Source: Antedon mediterranea
Taxonomy: Eukaryota > Animalia > Echinodermata
Assembly (NCBI RefSeq): GCF_964355755.1
Contig: NC_092679.1
Location: 18,583,432 to 18,647,431 of the forward strand
DNA: 64,000 nt
Reading direction: 5' to 3'
Of this stretch, positions 12,901-26,000 are shown in pieces. The stretch's first letter is position 1, and the number at the start of each line of letters is the position of its first letter. Both the position numbers and the translations under genes were made by a program. The notes under the pieces are model-generated. The model ran no database searches, was not told the origin of the DNA, and was given only the letters and a program-made list of their open reading frames with translations.

Positions 12901-15900
12901 GTAAAGTTATATTTTCAATAGTCCTCCACTCTGGTCACAGAGTATCAGCAAACTAAGGAGGCCTTCAATTAACTAAAAATAAGGTAAAGACAATCAACCT
13001 TGTTTCAATAGTCTAGGTGTAAATATCGTGAAGAGATAAATTATTGATATTTCGTCAGATTTTATTGAAATTGTAAAGGGGCAATCAGACTTGTTATCTG
13101 ACTATTTAACTGGTCCGCAACGCATTTAACTGGCCATTGGCCGGCGGATCAGTGTTATTGCAAACGCTGATGACATACATTTTCCTTAGTTTTTCCTAAT
13201 CCAACAGAATTCAAGAAAAAGTCTAACAACATTTACCGATATGTAACCACAGGTGACAAACTGAATTGTGACATGCTATAACACAGTGATATCGACAAGG
13301 ATTACACTATACACATTATCTACTAATATTATAGAACATTCTAGAATTCTTGTGAAAATATGCAAACAATCTTTCACAATTTATTCAAATCGTGAGATAA
13401 TAGACAATATTGAACTGTTATACAAAATGCAATGATTATACAAATGGAATGAATAAGATAGGTAAATAGGAACAATTTCATGTACATAACAATCATCTTT
13501 ATAATATAGTAGTATGTGGATAAGAATAAATTACATTTCTAAATGTATCTATATTATTATGTTTATTATACATTCAAGCACTTATTCATGATGTGGATTC
13601 AGCCTAACATGCAGATTATTATCATGCGTATATATATATTCATCTGAAATTTGGCAAAAATTAGAGGGGTGGGCTTATACTTGGATTGCCATTAACAATG
13701 TAATAATGTAGTGTTTTCCCAAAGCAAGTTTTGCCAGTAAGATTTTCTTGCCAAAATTGGCTCCAACCTGTCTATTAAAAAAAACTAGTAGTAAAACTAG
13801 CCATTAAAAACATAGACAAAGAGCAATTGAAGGCTTTATTTTGTCAATTCGATAGGCAAAATACAATATTTTTTGACTTTTTTGTATTTAGTAGATTAGT
13901 TACATCTTATACAGTACATAAATAATTTGTTACTTTACTTAATTTGTCTGAATTTGGAGAGTGGGATTTGTGATTATAGATAATATTTATTTATATATAT
14001 TTTGTGTGATGGGTGAATGATTAACATAATATTAAATTGTTTTATGTTTTCTATTTGTATTGAATATTAGATAATAAATTTCATATAAAAACGATGCAGA
14101 GAGTATAGAAAAACATGCAGTCATTCCAATCAAGTCATCACTAGGGAGCTCTCGATTTGTGGCAACCAACGACCTAACAAGGTCAGGTCAATTGATGTGT
14201 CATAGGACGTCGCCTGGACCTAGAAACCATTAAAATGATGTAGTTTGGTTGTCGGTCGTCACAAATCAAAAGCTCCCTATCAGGTACTCATATTCAAACA
14301 CTCTATTCATTGATGCGAAAAGGAACATGCACACCATACTATCAATACAATTTTCAGTTTATACTCAATTACTTATACTGTACAATGTTCAGTTTGACAC
14401 TTGTGAAACAAAACTATGTATAAACAGATTAAAAACCCGCCAGCCAAAAACAACAGCAAGTAATAGAGAATCCCATGAAAAAAGCTTGTAGTTTACAGAT
14501 CAACGAAAGAGTAGCATAGATGGAACACACGAACCTCCTGTTTACATGTGTGTACATGTGAAATAATTATATATAGAGGCAGTAGATAAAATTATATTTG
14601 ATTATTGTTATAAATTTTGTATGTATTGACAATGAAAATAACCAAGCCAATCAGATTTGCTATAATCACTGAGAAAAGTAGCAGGCTAATTTGTTACTGA
14701 GCATTGTAAGTAGCACAGTTAGTTAAAATAGTGTGCAAAGAGCGCAAGTAGGATACTTGTAGCTATTGTTGTGGCTGGCAGGTTACCTAACAAGCTGAGG
14801 CAAGGTGCAGAACAATTTCCCTTTCTGAACTGAGTGTGGATTGCAGCTGGGGGGGATACAAAATCATGGCCTTAAATTTTAAATTTTCTTTAAAAAAATT
14901 GTTCCTGTATAAAACAAATTACAGGGAGTTGGTTAAACTTCTGCTTTATTCATATATTGAATAACAAATCTTTGTTATATTATTTATTAGTTTAGTGTTT
15001 AGGCCATGTTGGGACAGACAAGCATTCAGACAAGGCACAAAGCATTCTGCAATCCACCTCTGGATATTGTATCTGATACCTTCGCCGTCAACTTTCTTGA
15101 AACAGGTTCCAGCGTCCACAAGTCTGTAGCCAGCACGATGTTTCTTTTTCATCTTTTTTTCTAACGAAGCAGATTTTTTAAATGCCATTCCTGCAGCTAG
15201 ATTTCAAGAGATAGAAAAAAATCATTAGATTTTTTAGAAAAATTAACAAAAACTTACCATCCCCATCTGTTTTCTTGAAGCAAGTGCCTGCATCAACACA
15301 AGCACTTGCCGCTTCATGCTTGTTCTGTAGCCGTAGATGTATTTTAGCCGATTCGTAAAATGCGTTTCCAGCAGCTTAAAGCATAAACAAATTATTAGGT
15401 AAAACAAACAAGTTGTAAGCTCTGTATACACTATCAATCTAGTTTGACAAAAAAGTGTGTGATGTGCCCAAATATGGTACAGTAGGGATATGACATCATC
15501 GTTTCCATATATGGGCACATCACATTTTTTTGTCACATAAAGTTTGATAGTGTAGACAGAGCATTAAAAAAAATGATCTAGTTATAAAGTATACCAAATA
15601 TAATGAATACAGTTAAATCTTAAGATTGATGTTTCTACTTGGACGAAACGTAAGGAGGTAAGACCACCGGAATTTGACCAATCACAATGCGATGGGTCAT
15701 CCAAACTGTCGTTTATAATTGGTCAATTCACTTGCATTGTGCCTACATTGTTGTGAAATTCACATTTATGTTTGTGGATTGCTTGGGTGTGATTACTTTT
15801 CAAAACTTGATACAAACGATCGCAAATGCTGGACTGGTTTAAAATATAGTGGACAAAAAACTAACTAACTAAGTATTACAAATTACACATTCATAATAAA

Positions 15901-18900
15901 TTATGTTAATCAAATTAATACATTCACCACTATAGTAAAAATGTTATACGATCAACTTGATATGGAAATATAGTAACACAAAAAAAGATAAAAATATTGA
16001 TTACAGTTCATGTCTCGGATTATATGGACAATTTCTTAAAGATATATTGTCCCCTAAAAAATATATATATTTTTTTCTAAAGTGACTTTATTAAAACTGC
16101 AAATGGCCTATTTAAAAGTCTGATTTGATAAATCTTTATTGTTCATGTTTTTGGGAGACAATATATCTTTAATATTTTAATATGGTTTAAATTTATCATC
16201 ATTTTCCTGAAATATTTTCTGTCCATTTATTTAATTTTACAATAAATATTTGGATAATAGATTTTTTTATTTTAGCCATATTTAATGAGGGTGATCCATC
16301 CAGCATTTGCTGATCATTTGGGACCCTCAGAACAGATACAATATACAAAATACAACAGAAAAGTAAAAAAAAGAAAAAAAGAAAAAAAAAGAAAAAAAGA
16401 AAATTAATTACATAAGACTAAAAATCTGAATAAGAAAATTTGAAATATAGAAAATAACTGAAATGTTAAATCAAGCAAAAATATATAATATTTATATAAT
16501 AAATATTTATACTATTTTACAATGAAAACATAGTCTAGTTACAAATGAAGGTAAAAATATGTGTATTTTAATCTAGGTTTAAACCGAATATTAAGTGAGT
16601 GAGTGGCCGAGCGGTTAAGACAGTGGAACCGTAATTACGTAGCCATAACATCGGCAGAGGTTCGAGGATCACTCACTCCATGGTTCTGGTGGTAGAACGT
16701 GTCTTCTCGGATAAGGACTACAAACCGTAGGTCCAGTGTACACAACTTGCTCGTGTGCACTTTAAAGAACCTAGTACATCTTTCGAGACGAGTAGGGGTT
16801 ACCCCTGTGTATTAGTACATCACAGCCACTGATCATAACTGGGCCCTCTGGGAGATCAGTCTTTGAATGAAGAGGTTACCCAGTATAAATATATTTCAAT
16901 CAAATTCAATCAATAGGCTCCATAGTGACATTTGATTTGTGTCAATAGGACTTTCAATTTCAATCCACATTATTTTGCATTTCAATACATATTATTTTTT
17001 ATTAAAATCTCCAAGATCAGGTTGCGATTTCAATCAACAATTTGGGGATTGAAATACAATTCATTCATGGTGGTGGGTTGCATTTTCCCTGCCTGAAGTT
17101 TATTTTATCACACCAGCTACATTTTTACAACTCCCACCACTTGTCTACGCTCCAAAATAATATTACATCTTTTGTTGTATAAATAAATACCTTACCAGAC
17201 CATGCTTTTGCCATTTTAAACGAATTTGCTGCTCGTTGGTAAGTTTCACTGGCTTCTTCTAGTTTTGATGTTGATCTAAAATTATCAAATTGTAAAACCA
17301 TTAAGTCGAAACATGGAGTAATCTTCACCAGTGGCGTATCCAGGATTTTGAAGTTGGGGGGGGGGCCGGGAATTGCCAATTTGCCGACAAAATTGGTGTC
17401 ATTATCTGCTGTACATACACGATGTCTCTGATCAATATATTTTCTAGGATTACATAGTCATATTGTCTTATATGGGATAACGATGCAAAATTAAAACCAA
17501 ACCAACATTATCTGTTAGTATGTTGTATTCATATTACAATAAAGAAAGAATTAGGAAAATCTGATTTGTAGTTTTCGAAATATAGGGTCTAAAACATCGC
17601 CGAAAATTATCGTTTTTAGCCACGAAAGAAGTAAAACAATTTGCGGCCTCAGTCGACAATTCTATTAACTACGCCATTTTTGGTTAAAATAATTACATAT
17701 AATTACGTTTTTTAGTAATTTATTTTATATATAACCATTGCAAATATCAATAAAACATGTTATTAAATGCTTATAAAATATATAAAGTTGTTTACTTAAC
17801 GGAATTCGGACAAATTCATTGCTCTAACTTTGTGTAGTAACGATCAGAGAGATTCATGGCGCGAGAGAAAACATTCCGCTGCGGGTGATTCGCATCCACC
17901 AATCAAATCAGCTAGAATCCTAAATCATTCAACCGTGAGCAATGCCAATCGCGAGAAAGCTCAGCTTTGATTGGCTTACGATGACATCATATCACAAAAT
18001 GGTGGTTTTGTAGTTGAGCCTCACGGAATATTCTGTTCCAAAAATGAAATAGGGCCTACATGGATATTTTTTATGGTATATGTGCTTTTTCTTTAAAAAT
18101 TTTGAATAATAAAGGCCTCATATCGAGAAAAAAAAACGGGTTTTTGGCACTTATAATAAATATATCTTAGACAAAAAAGCACATGGCATGTGGAACTATA
18201 TAATCTCTTAGCGTAGGAAGACATACAAATCCCAGGTCATGAGAGGCTCAACTGCATGCAAAAACAAGGTTTTAGGGTAAGGTCAAAGACTTTTGAGTAA
18301 ACAATCTACCGCGTACGGCCGTACGTACGTGCTACACATTTTTTACGTGTTTCGTTAGATGTAATGAAAATAAAAAATAGTTGATCTGAAGGGATCAATG
18401 ATGATATGATATGTAAATAAACAAACACTCAAAAGAATTATGTTTACAGTTCAATTATTGTCAGAATAAATAGTTTATTTTTTTTTCCCGGCACCTTTGT
18501 TTGCCGACGGCCGCGATGATGTGCCGACGAAAACGAAATCAGGGGGGGCCCGGGCCCCCCCGGCCCCCTACTGGATACGCCACTGATCTTCACTCCATGG
18601 TCGAATCAATATTATCATTAAATATTGTAGCAATAAATGCTGAAAGAGCAGGTTTTTTTTGCTTTTCTTTTGTTGGTTATAATACAAAACATTACTATTT
18701 TTTAACTTTGAATTTTATGTCTACAAACAGTACAGACACAGTATATTAATTGTTAAAATATTGAAGAAAAATCAATAAATATTTTTGAGAAGGAAAAGTC
18801 AATTATGAGCAAGGAAAGACACAGGGAAAGGAAATTGACATTAACAAAAGCGGAATTAATTATCCGACTGTGCCTGCCTGTACTGCATGTGGATGTGGCT

Positions 18901-19284
18901 AAAAATAATAATTAAATTATTCATTTAGGCTAGGCTAGCTAGGGCTAGGTTTAGCTTATTATTAATATTATAAATAAAATTCTTCACAATATTTAATCCT
19001 AGCCCTAGTCTAGTTAGGCCTAGAATATATAGAGTACGCCCAACGGTACTGTCTATCAATCATACAGTATAATATAGTCATTTAATAATTTACCATAGGC
19101 CGAGGCTAGGCCTACACCGTACGAATTATCAACACTCTGGCATGCAGCATATCACGCGATCTGAGCGATTAAATAAAAACAAAACATACCCTCCAAACAG
19201 GCCTCCGAAAAAAGTCTGCGACGACTTGACTTTCTTCTCAGCTTCAGCAATAAGCTCTTTTCCTTTCTGCTCTTGATCTGCCAT
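9984..19284 (-). CDS. NAPA: Alpha-soluble NSF attachment protein (alpha-SNAP), 292 aa when one exon-3 variant is used
   Basis: Exons (minus): 19284-19190 ([31 protein letters not shown]), 17275-17196, exon 3 (15374-15258 or 15196-15080), 11298-11118 ([25 protein letters not shown]), 10987-10729 ([16 protein letters not shown]...[13 protein letters not shown]), 10406-10356, 10079-9984 ([31 protein letters not shown]). All are GT-AG and frame-consistent. Confidence 0.95.
12142..12863. mobile_element. TTAA-type element (family 2, long form) with an internal tandem duplication of its first ~172 bp
   Basis: Same TIRs as family 2; near-identical to 35535-36080, which lacks the duplication. Confidence 0.85.
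14142..14279. mobile_element. Small MITE (TIR TAGGGAGCT.TCGATTTGTG)
   Basis: Inverted termini; related pieces near 35100-35122 and 35506-36205, the latter interrupted by a family 2 element. Confidence 0.6.
15080..15196 (-). CDS. NAPA: NAPA exon 3b (duplicated, lysine-rich variant, 117 nt, phase 1-1)
   Basis: atctag|CTGCAGGA...GGCGAAG|gtatca; open frame [39 protein letters not shown] aligns without gaps to exon 3a. Confidence 0.8.
15258..15374 (-). CDS. NAPA: NAPA exon 3a (canonical-looking variant, 117 nt, phase 1-1)
   Basis: tttaag|CTGCTGGA...GGGGATG|gtaagt; encodes [39 protein letters not shown], close to the familiar alpha-SNAP AGNAF...KHDAA...VDAGNAFKK segment. Confidence 0.9.
16595..16912 (+). 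mobile_element. tRNA-derived SINE with a Deu/Nin-domain-like core
   Basis: A box TGGCCGAGCGG and B box GGTTCGAG. The core GTCTTCTCGGATAAGGAC..AAACCGTAGGTCC..TTAAAGAACC..TTTCGAGACGAGTAGGGGTTACCCC resembles the AmnSINE1/DeuSINE central domain as I recall it. The tail has TCAA repeats. Confidence 0.7.
17329..18585. mobile_element. Non-autonomous hAT transposon, 8-bp TSD ATCTTCAC
   Basis: ATCTTCAC|CAGTGGCGTATCCAG...CTGGATACGCCACTG|ATCTTCAC in NAPA intron 1. Confidence 0.9.
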
Positions 19285-19620
19285 TTTAAACAGAGTTTTT
19301 ATAATCTAACTGCCAAAAATGCACTTATCAAAATCAATCATATACGCATAAAAATGAGAGGTTTTACACGTCAATATGTATTTACATTGACTGAATATCA
19401 CTCAGCCATTTTTATTTCAGCTCGAAATATTTCTGAGCATGCGTAAACTTTTACAGTGATGACGTTTGGCAAAATGATAAAGTGCGTTTCAATCGAACGC
19501 GTTCTGAATTCATTTATTTAACGGCAAATTTGAACACGTGACGCACTGGTGGTTCATGAACATTAACCGGGATTTTTCAAGTAAATTTCGCTATCCTATC
19601 TTCGCTTAAAATATGTAAGT
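19285..19620. promoter_or_regulatory. Probable bidirectional promoter / 5' region shared by NAPA (-) and CatSper1-like (+)
   Basis: Divergent ATGs are about 730 bp apart. A + strand donor GTAAGT near 19615 and an acceptor near 19966 suggest a non-coding first CatSper exon. The region is locally CpG-richer with YY1-like (AAAATGGC, minus), GCATGCG, TGACGT and CACGTGAC motifs. Confidence 0.5.
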
Positions 19621-20012
19621 ATAGACCAAGTATTTTCAATAAAATTAATTTACTATAGGCCTATATGATAAACTCGAAATCATAGCCTATACCTATGAAA
19701 TAAATTCACAATGTTATTTTTGTTCTTCATGTCCCAACAAGAGTGTTTCTGAGATTGAAAATAAATTGACCAATGAATTAATACAATAAACGAATGATGA
19801 ACAAATCAAAGTAAGTAGCAACATTTGATAAGCTTGGCAGGGAAACATTTTATTTTATTTAAGTCCATGGAGCAGCATGCCTGTAAAGGAATTCCATCTA
19901 CTGGAGTCGGTGCCATAGAGTGAAGTATAGGCATAGACAACTCAATAATCAATTAATTCTTTCTAGGTTATAGGCTAGACCTAGCAACATAGAACCTACA
20001 AAGTTAGACGTG

Positions 20013-23000
20013 ATGAAGCCCTCTAGTTCAAACAACTTGGTTCCTTCTACTGGAAAATCTTCCAACCCGTCTCTTCACAAGCAACATCTCAAAGCTCCGC
20101 ACATCGATCCCCCGAGCCAATACAACATCCAGTTGAGCCACCGTAAAGAATCCATCATCCCAAGTAACAATGTCTTCGAAACAGTCAAGATAAACGACAA
20201 AGAAGAGCTGGAAATGATGGAGAAAGAGATGAGAAAGAGGAAGCTGCTTCAGAATGCTTCTCCGTTTCACAAGATGATGTACGAGTTTACGGAGTCGATG
20301 CTTTTTAACGGTTTCATCATGGTTGTCATATTAATGAATACTGCGATACTCTGTGCTCTGACGTATGAGATAGTAGCCGTACGACTTGGTAGGACTTCAT
20401 TCAAATGATGGAAGAGTGTGTGTTTGGTGAGATAGCGGTTGGACCATGGCTTCATGGTTAATAATGGTGGACCAAACGAAAAAAAAACAACAAAAAAACA
20501 ACTTTGAAACGTTTTTGATTCAGTATAATATAGTAAAAATAATAATACAGTAAAACTCCTCCTTTGAGACTCGCCTATCAAAAATAAATGTTGGCTTCGG
20601 CGCCGTTCAACATCTTTAAAGCTCTGCCTACACTATCAAACTCTTGTGACGAAAAATGTGATGTGCCTATGGACATGATGATTTGGGCGGCACATTGCAC
20701 TTTTTTGTCAATCTAGTTTTATAATGTAGACAAAGCTTAAGTGGGTTGTCTTCACTTTCTTGATGAAAGACTCGGTAGAGAGTGAATGAATGTTTTAGCA
20801 AATTTGTTTAACAATGTTATATTTCTTAGGCTGGTACATGACGTTCGTGGATTACATATTTTTGGTCATCTACTTTCTAGAATGTGTCGTCAAACTTTAT
20901 GTCTGGCGTTTGGGCTATTTCAAGGAAGCATGGAACATAGTGGGTAGGACTATTTTGTAATAATAATTAAAAAATAAATCATCAGCAACACCAGTATATA
21001 GACACAAAATAAAATAGCACAGAACGTAAATTATGGAATACGTGCTGGGCAAAAAAAGAAGCTCTGTATACACTATCAAACTAGTTTAGTATAGTTATAT
21101 GCTTAAAAGGCCCATTTACACTAGGACGATAACGATCGAAGATAAATAGATAAATAGGCCTATGCATTTTCATACATAACACAACATAAATATAAACACT
21201 TTTCATTCCAGAACCATCTATGCTCCTTTTGATGAAAATGATATTTTCACACGTCTAATCAAATGACGTCATGATTAGTAAGAGCAATAATATCGTGACA
21301 ATACAACGATTTTATTGTTTTTATTTATCATGACATCATTTGATCAAAGACAGCATAAATGATTATCCTATAGTTCTAGAACGAAAACCTTTCTAATTTC
21401 TTTTGTTTTATGTAATGAAAATGCTTATATATTTATCGTCGATCGTTATCGTCCTAGTGGAAATGGGCCTTAAATATGTCCATATTGTCACATGAAATTT
21501 GATAGCTTAAGACCTACTACGCAGTTTTTGACATAAGCTGTCAAAGTATACTGAGGCTGAGTGGCTATTTTCCAAAATGATGAATATTTAAGAATTAATA
21601 ATAATTAATATCATGTAACTAAATCATTTGTTACTATTTATTTTTAGATTTTCTAATAGTACTGTGTAACATAGCCGATCTCTTAGTGCCAGTCATAATG
21701 GGTAACGAAGTGAACATACTGCAATTTCTAAGCATACTCCGTTCAATGAGAGCTTTGAGGGCCTTACGAGTGCTTCGTACAGTGAGGTGAGAACAAACAA
21801 GGCCAACAGCCATTAAGTCGCGTGCTACAATGCATAGTGATACCGGACCGACAGACAAACAGACCGACAGACAGACAGACAGACCGACAGACAGACGGAC
21901 CGACCGACATAGTGAACTATACTGACCGAAATTACTGAACATGTTTAAAAATGTTGAAATGTTTAAAAACATTTATATTTTTTTAATTTACACGTGCGTA
22001 GCCTGTCACTTTTGACGTGCTCGTATAACGGAATTTCGAGTTGAAAAGTAAGTCAAGAAAACAGAAATCGGGCAAGAAGAGTGCGCAATAACATTTAACG
22101 CGCAGTGCGCGCGCAAAAATCTGCGCACTCATGGCAATTTTGTAAACGCTTAAAATTGCCTGAAACGTACTCTTATTTCATCGGAAATAAATTTTGAAAA
22201 TTTTAAGCGCGCTTACGCATGCGTTACATGCGCTACGCACGTAATTGTATTGCCATTATGATGATTTATGCCCTGAAATTTATGAGTACCAAATTTTATT
22301 TAATTGTGATTCATGGTTGTTAAGATATGATTACAAACGTGATTTCGTTAAATCGTGCGTAGACCGCGTAATTTTTTATTGCGCACCGTGAAAACATAAC
22401 CACATCGATTCCTGGCCATAAGGAATATTCTGTGAAAAATTGACTTAGCTAGATTAAACTGATATCAAGATAAGGTCATAAAGCGATAAAACGCATAGTG
22501 ATACCGGACCGACAGACCGACAGACAGACCGACAGACAGACCGACAGACAGACCGACAGACAGACAGACAGACAGACCGACCGACCGACATAGTGAACTA
22601 TAGAGTCGCTTCCACGCGACTAAAAAACGGCATCACCAAATGTATTTATATTCTTTGCATTCATTTTTAAATAATTGAAAAAAGTAATAGTCTAGTATCT
22701 TTTGCAGGTTTCTAAACAGTCTACAAGTTATCATGAATACATGCCTTCAATCGATGCAATCTATGGGTGCTATCGTGTCACTAATCTTTCTCTTTCTATG
22801 TATCCTTTGAAAAAGAAGTGTTATTAGGCCCTTGTGTTGCAATATTATTAATGGTAACTTCCTCTCCACTTGATGCTCCTCTCCAGATGATGCTCAAGTT
22901 GGTTCTCTAATTGGTGCGACCTTTTCGCTACCGTTTACTCTAATTGGTGCGCTACCTTTATTGCTACTTTTTTTCCTCTAATTGGTGCGCTACCTTATCG

Positions 23001-26000
23001 CTATACTTTTTGCCCTAATTTGGTGCGCTACATTTTTTATCTAATGGTGCGCTACTTTTTGCTTTAATTGGTGCGCTACCTTATCGCTATACTTTTTGCC
23101 CTAATTGGTGCGCTACCTTATCGCTATACTTTTTGCTCTAATTGGTGGGCTACATTTATTGCTACTTTTTGCTGTAATTGGTGAGCTACCTTTTTGATCT
23201 AATGGTGCGCTACTTTTTGCTTTAATTGGTGCGCTACCTTATCGCTATACTTTTTGCCCTAATTGGTGCGCTACCTTATCGCTATACTTTTTGCTCTAAT
23301 TGGTGCGCTACCTTTATTGCTACTTTTTGCTGTAATTGGTGAGCTACCGTTTTGATCTAATGGTGCGCTACTTTTTGCTTTAATTGGTGCGCTACCTTAT
23401 CGCTATACTTTTTGCCCTAATTGGTGCGCTACCTTATCGCTATACTTTTTGCTCTAATCGGTGCGCTACCTTTATTGCTACTTGTTGCTGTAATTGGTGA
23501 GCTACCTTTTTGATCTAATGGTGCGCTACTTTTTGCCCTAATTGGTGCGCTACCTTATCGCTATACTTTTTGCTCTAATTGGTGCGCTACCTTTATTGCT
23601 ACTTTTTGCTGTAATTGGTGCGCTACCTTTTTGATCTAATGGTGCGCTACTTTTTGCTGTAATTGGTGCACTACCTTATCGCTATACATTTTGCTCTAAT
23701 TAGTGCGGTACCTTCGCTACTTTTTGCTCAAATCGGTGCGCTACTTTTTGCTTTAATTGGTGTGCTACCATTTCGCTACTTTTTGCTTTAATTTGTGCGC
23801 TACCGTACTTTTTGCTATAGTTGGTGCGCATCCTTTTTGATACTTTCTGCTCTAATTAGTGCGCTACCTTTTGCTCTAATTGGTGAGCTATTTTTATCTA
23901 CTTATTGGTGTTCTACTGTATGCTCCAGTCATTTACCGTCTTTTCTCAGATACAAATTAGTAAATATAAGTGTCATGTCATCATCACATAGATACAGATA
24001 CAGATACAGTATTTGCGTTTGACTCAGAAATATAAACACTAATTATTAATTGCATTACAATAATATATGAATATTGTTGACCTTTATAATGACGTAGACA
24101 TGTTTGCAGTAATTGGGCGTGGTCTGTATTCAGAGGTAGATCCTGATAGGTTTGGCAATTTGACGTCAGCAATGTTTACAATGTTTCAACTTCTTACTCT
24201 AGATGATTGGTTCTATATTTACACTGATGCTGTTAAAAGAGACCCGGGTATGACATACTGGGAGGGGTTGAGAGGAGGGGGGGGGGGAGGGGTACGCACT
24301 GTCCTGATTCACATGTTTTTGTGGTCCTTCATACGCGTTACGCGCGTATGTGTTAAAAGCGGTAAACAGATTTAAAACGGGTTTACACCAGCAATGCCCA
24401 CCCAAGGTACTCGTCATCTTCTTCATCATCATCATCAAATAAAAAATATTCCTTTATTTTAAACAGGATCTTTTCATATAATATTCTACCTCATGATGTA
24501 CATAGCGACTGAATATTTCATATTCCTAAAGTAAGTACCAAAACGAAACAAAGTTGTCATGCTTTACGACGATATGTCTTGGATCATGAATCCAGTGATA
24601 CCGTAACAAATTCAATTTTACAATTTGATTATTTGAATAGTTTGTTCGTTGCTGTGTTAGTGGACAACTTTCAACTGACGCTAGAGGCAGCAGCGGAAGC
24701 TGACGCAGAGAGAAAAGCTGCGCTGGTAAGTCTCCATTTTTTTTAAAAAGAATTTAGAACATACGCATTCAATTCCAAAGTAACTGACATGAAAACCTCA
24801 TTAAGGCTTGTCTACACTATCAAACTTTATGTGACAAAAAAATGTGATGTGCCCATATATGGATGATGTCATATCACTACCATATTTGGGCATATTACTA
24901 CCATAATATGTGAGCACATCACACTTTTTTTGTCAAACTAGTTTGATAGTGTAGACAGAGCCTTAGTTCAAGCTACATCTTGTAGTATTTTTGGTTGAAT
25001 GACGTTATAAAGATAACAGTCAAGACCAGTAACCGTTACAAAAAGAAGCCAATTTTCTTCTAGAAAGCTGAAGAGGAGGAGCAAAACGAAAAACATGCAA
25101 GCATGATAGAACGCCAAAAGATGAGTGAAAGTAAGCATACCTCAACACCTATACCTGTATACAACAGGCCTAATGACAAATAGAAGTGCTCAGTTGCAAT
25201 GATCACATACCATAGGCATATTATTATATGACATATCTTCTCTAATTCTGGTAAATTAAGGTCTTCCAGTAGATGCGATTTAAAAGAACCATTCTCATTA
25301 CTCGACACATTTTAGAAAATTCTTCACATCCCGGTTATGCAAATTAAACTCCACCATACCAGGTTAATTATTTAAATTTCTACAAGGTATTCAAAATTCA
25401 TTACCCAACATTCCTTTTTTCCCTACTAAAGCTTGAATTCCATTGGACGCAACGCAATGACGTAAGCACGCCGCCAGTGATCTGACCAATCACGACGCGA
25501 TGGATATTCAACTGTCGCTTGTGATTAACCAAGCGTCGAGAGCATTGACATTGTTTACTTTTATTATATCCCATAGATTTGAGTTTAGCCTCATCTGTAG
25601 AGGTTCCACACATCAAGAGAACTATTGATGATTATTACGACGAACATAAATACAACTCGGGGTAGGTTTATTATCATGTAAAATAATAATATAAAATATT
25701 TTGATTCATAAATCGCGCATAATTGCTATACTATAAATGCGCCATGAAAGATGTGCCTTAATGGTTTTATCAGATAACAAAATGGATTAAAAATACTTTA
25801 CAGTTATACTGTAATCCGGAACTCATGTTTTTTTGGCTCCAACTTAACATTTATGAGCCGTCATTTTTGCCGTCATAAATTCACAGACAAATAACAAATT
25901 TCCAGTTAACCCGTCATAGAGTTGTTCATAATATAGTGTATTGGTCAACACATAAACCACGTTATTTTATACGGTTTATGGTAATATGCCCACATATGGT

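Noticed and set aside
22905-23890. Regularly spaced TAATTGGTGCGCTAC repeats as a CRISPR array
   Set aside because: The intervening sequences are themselves recurring variants; this is an intronic minisatellite.
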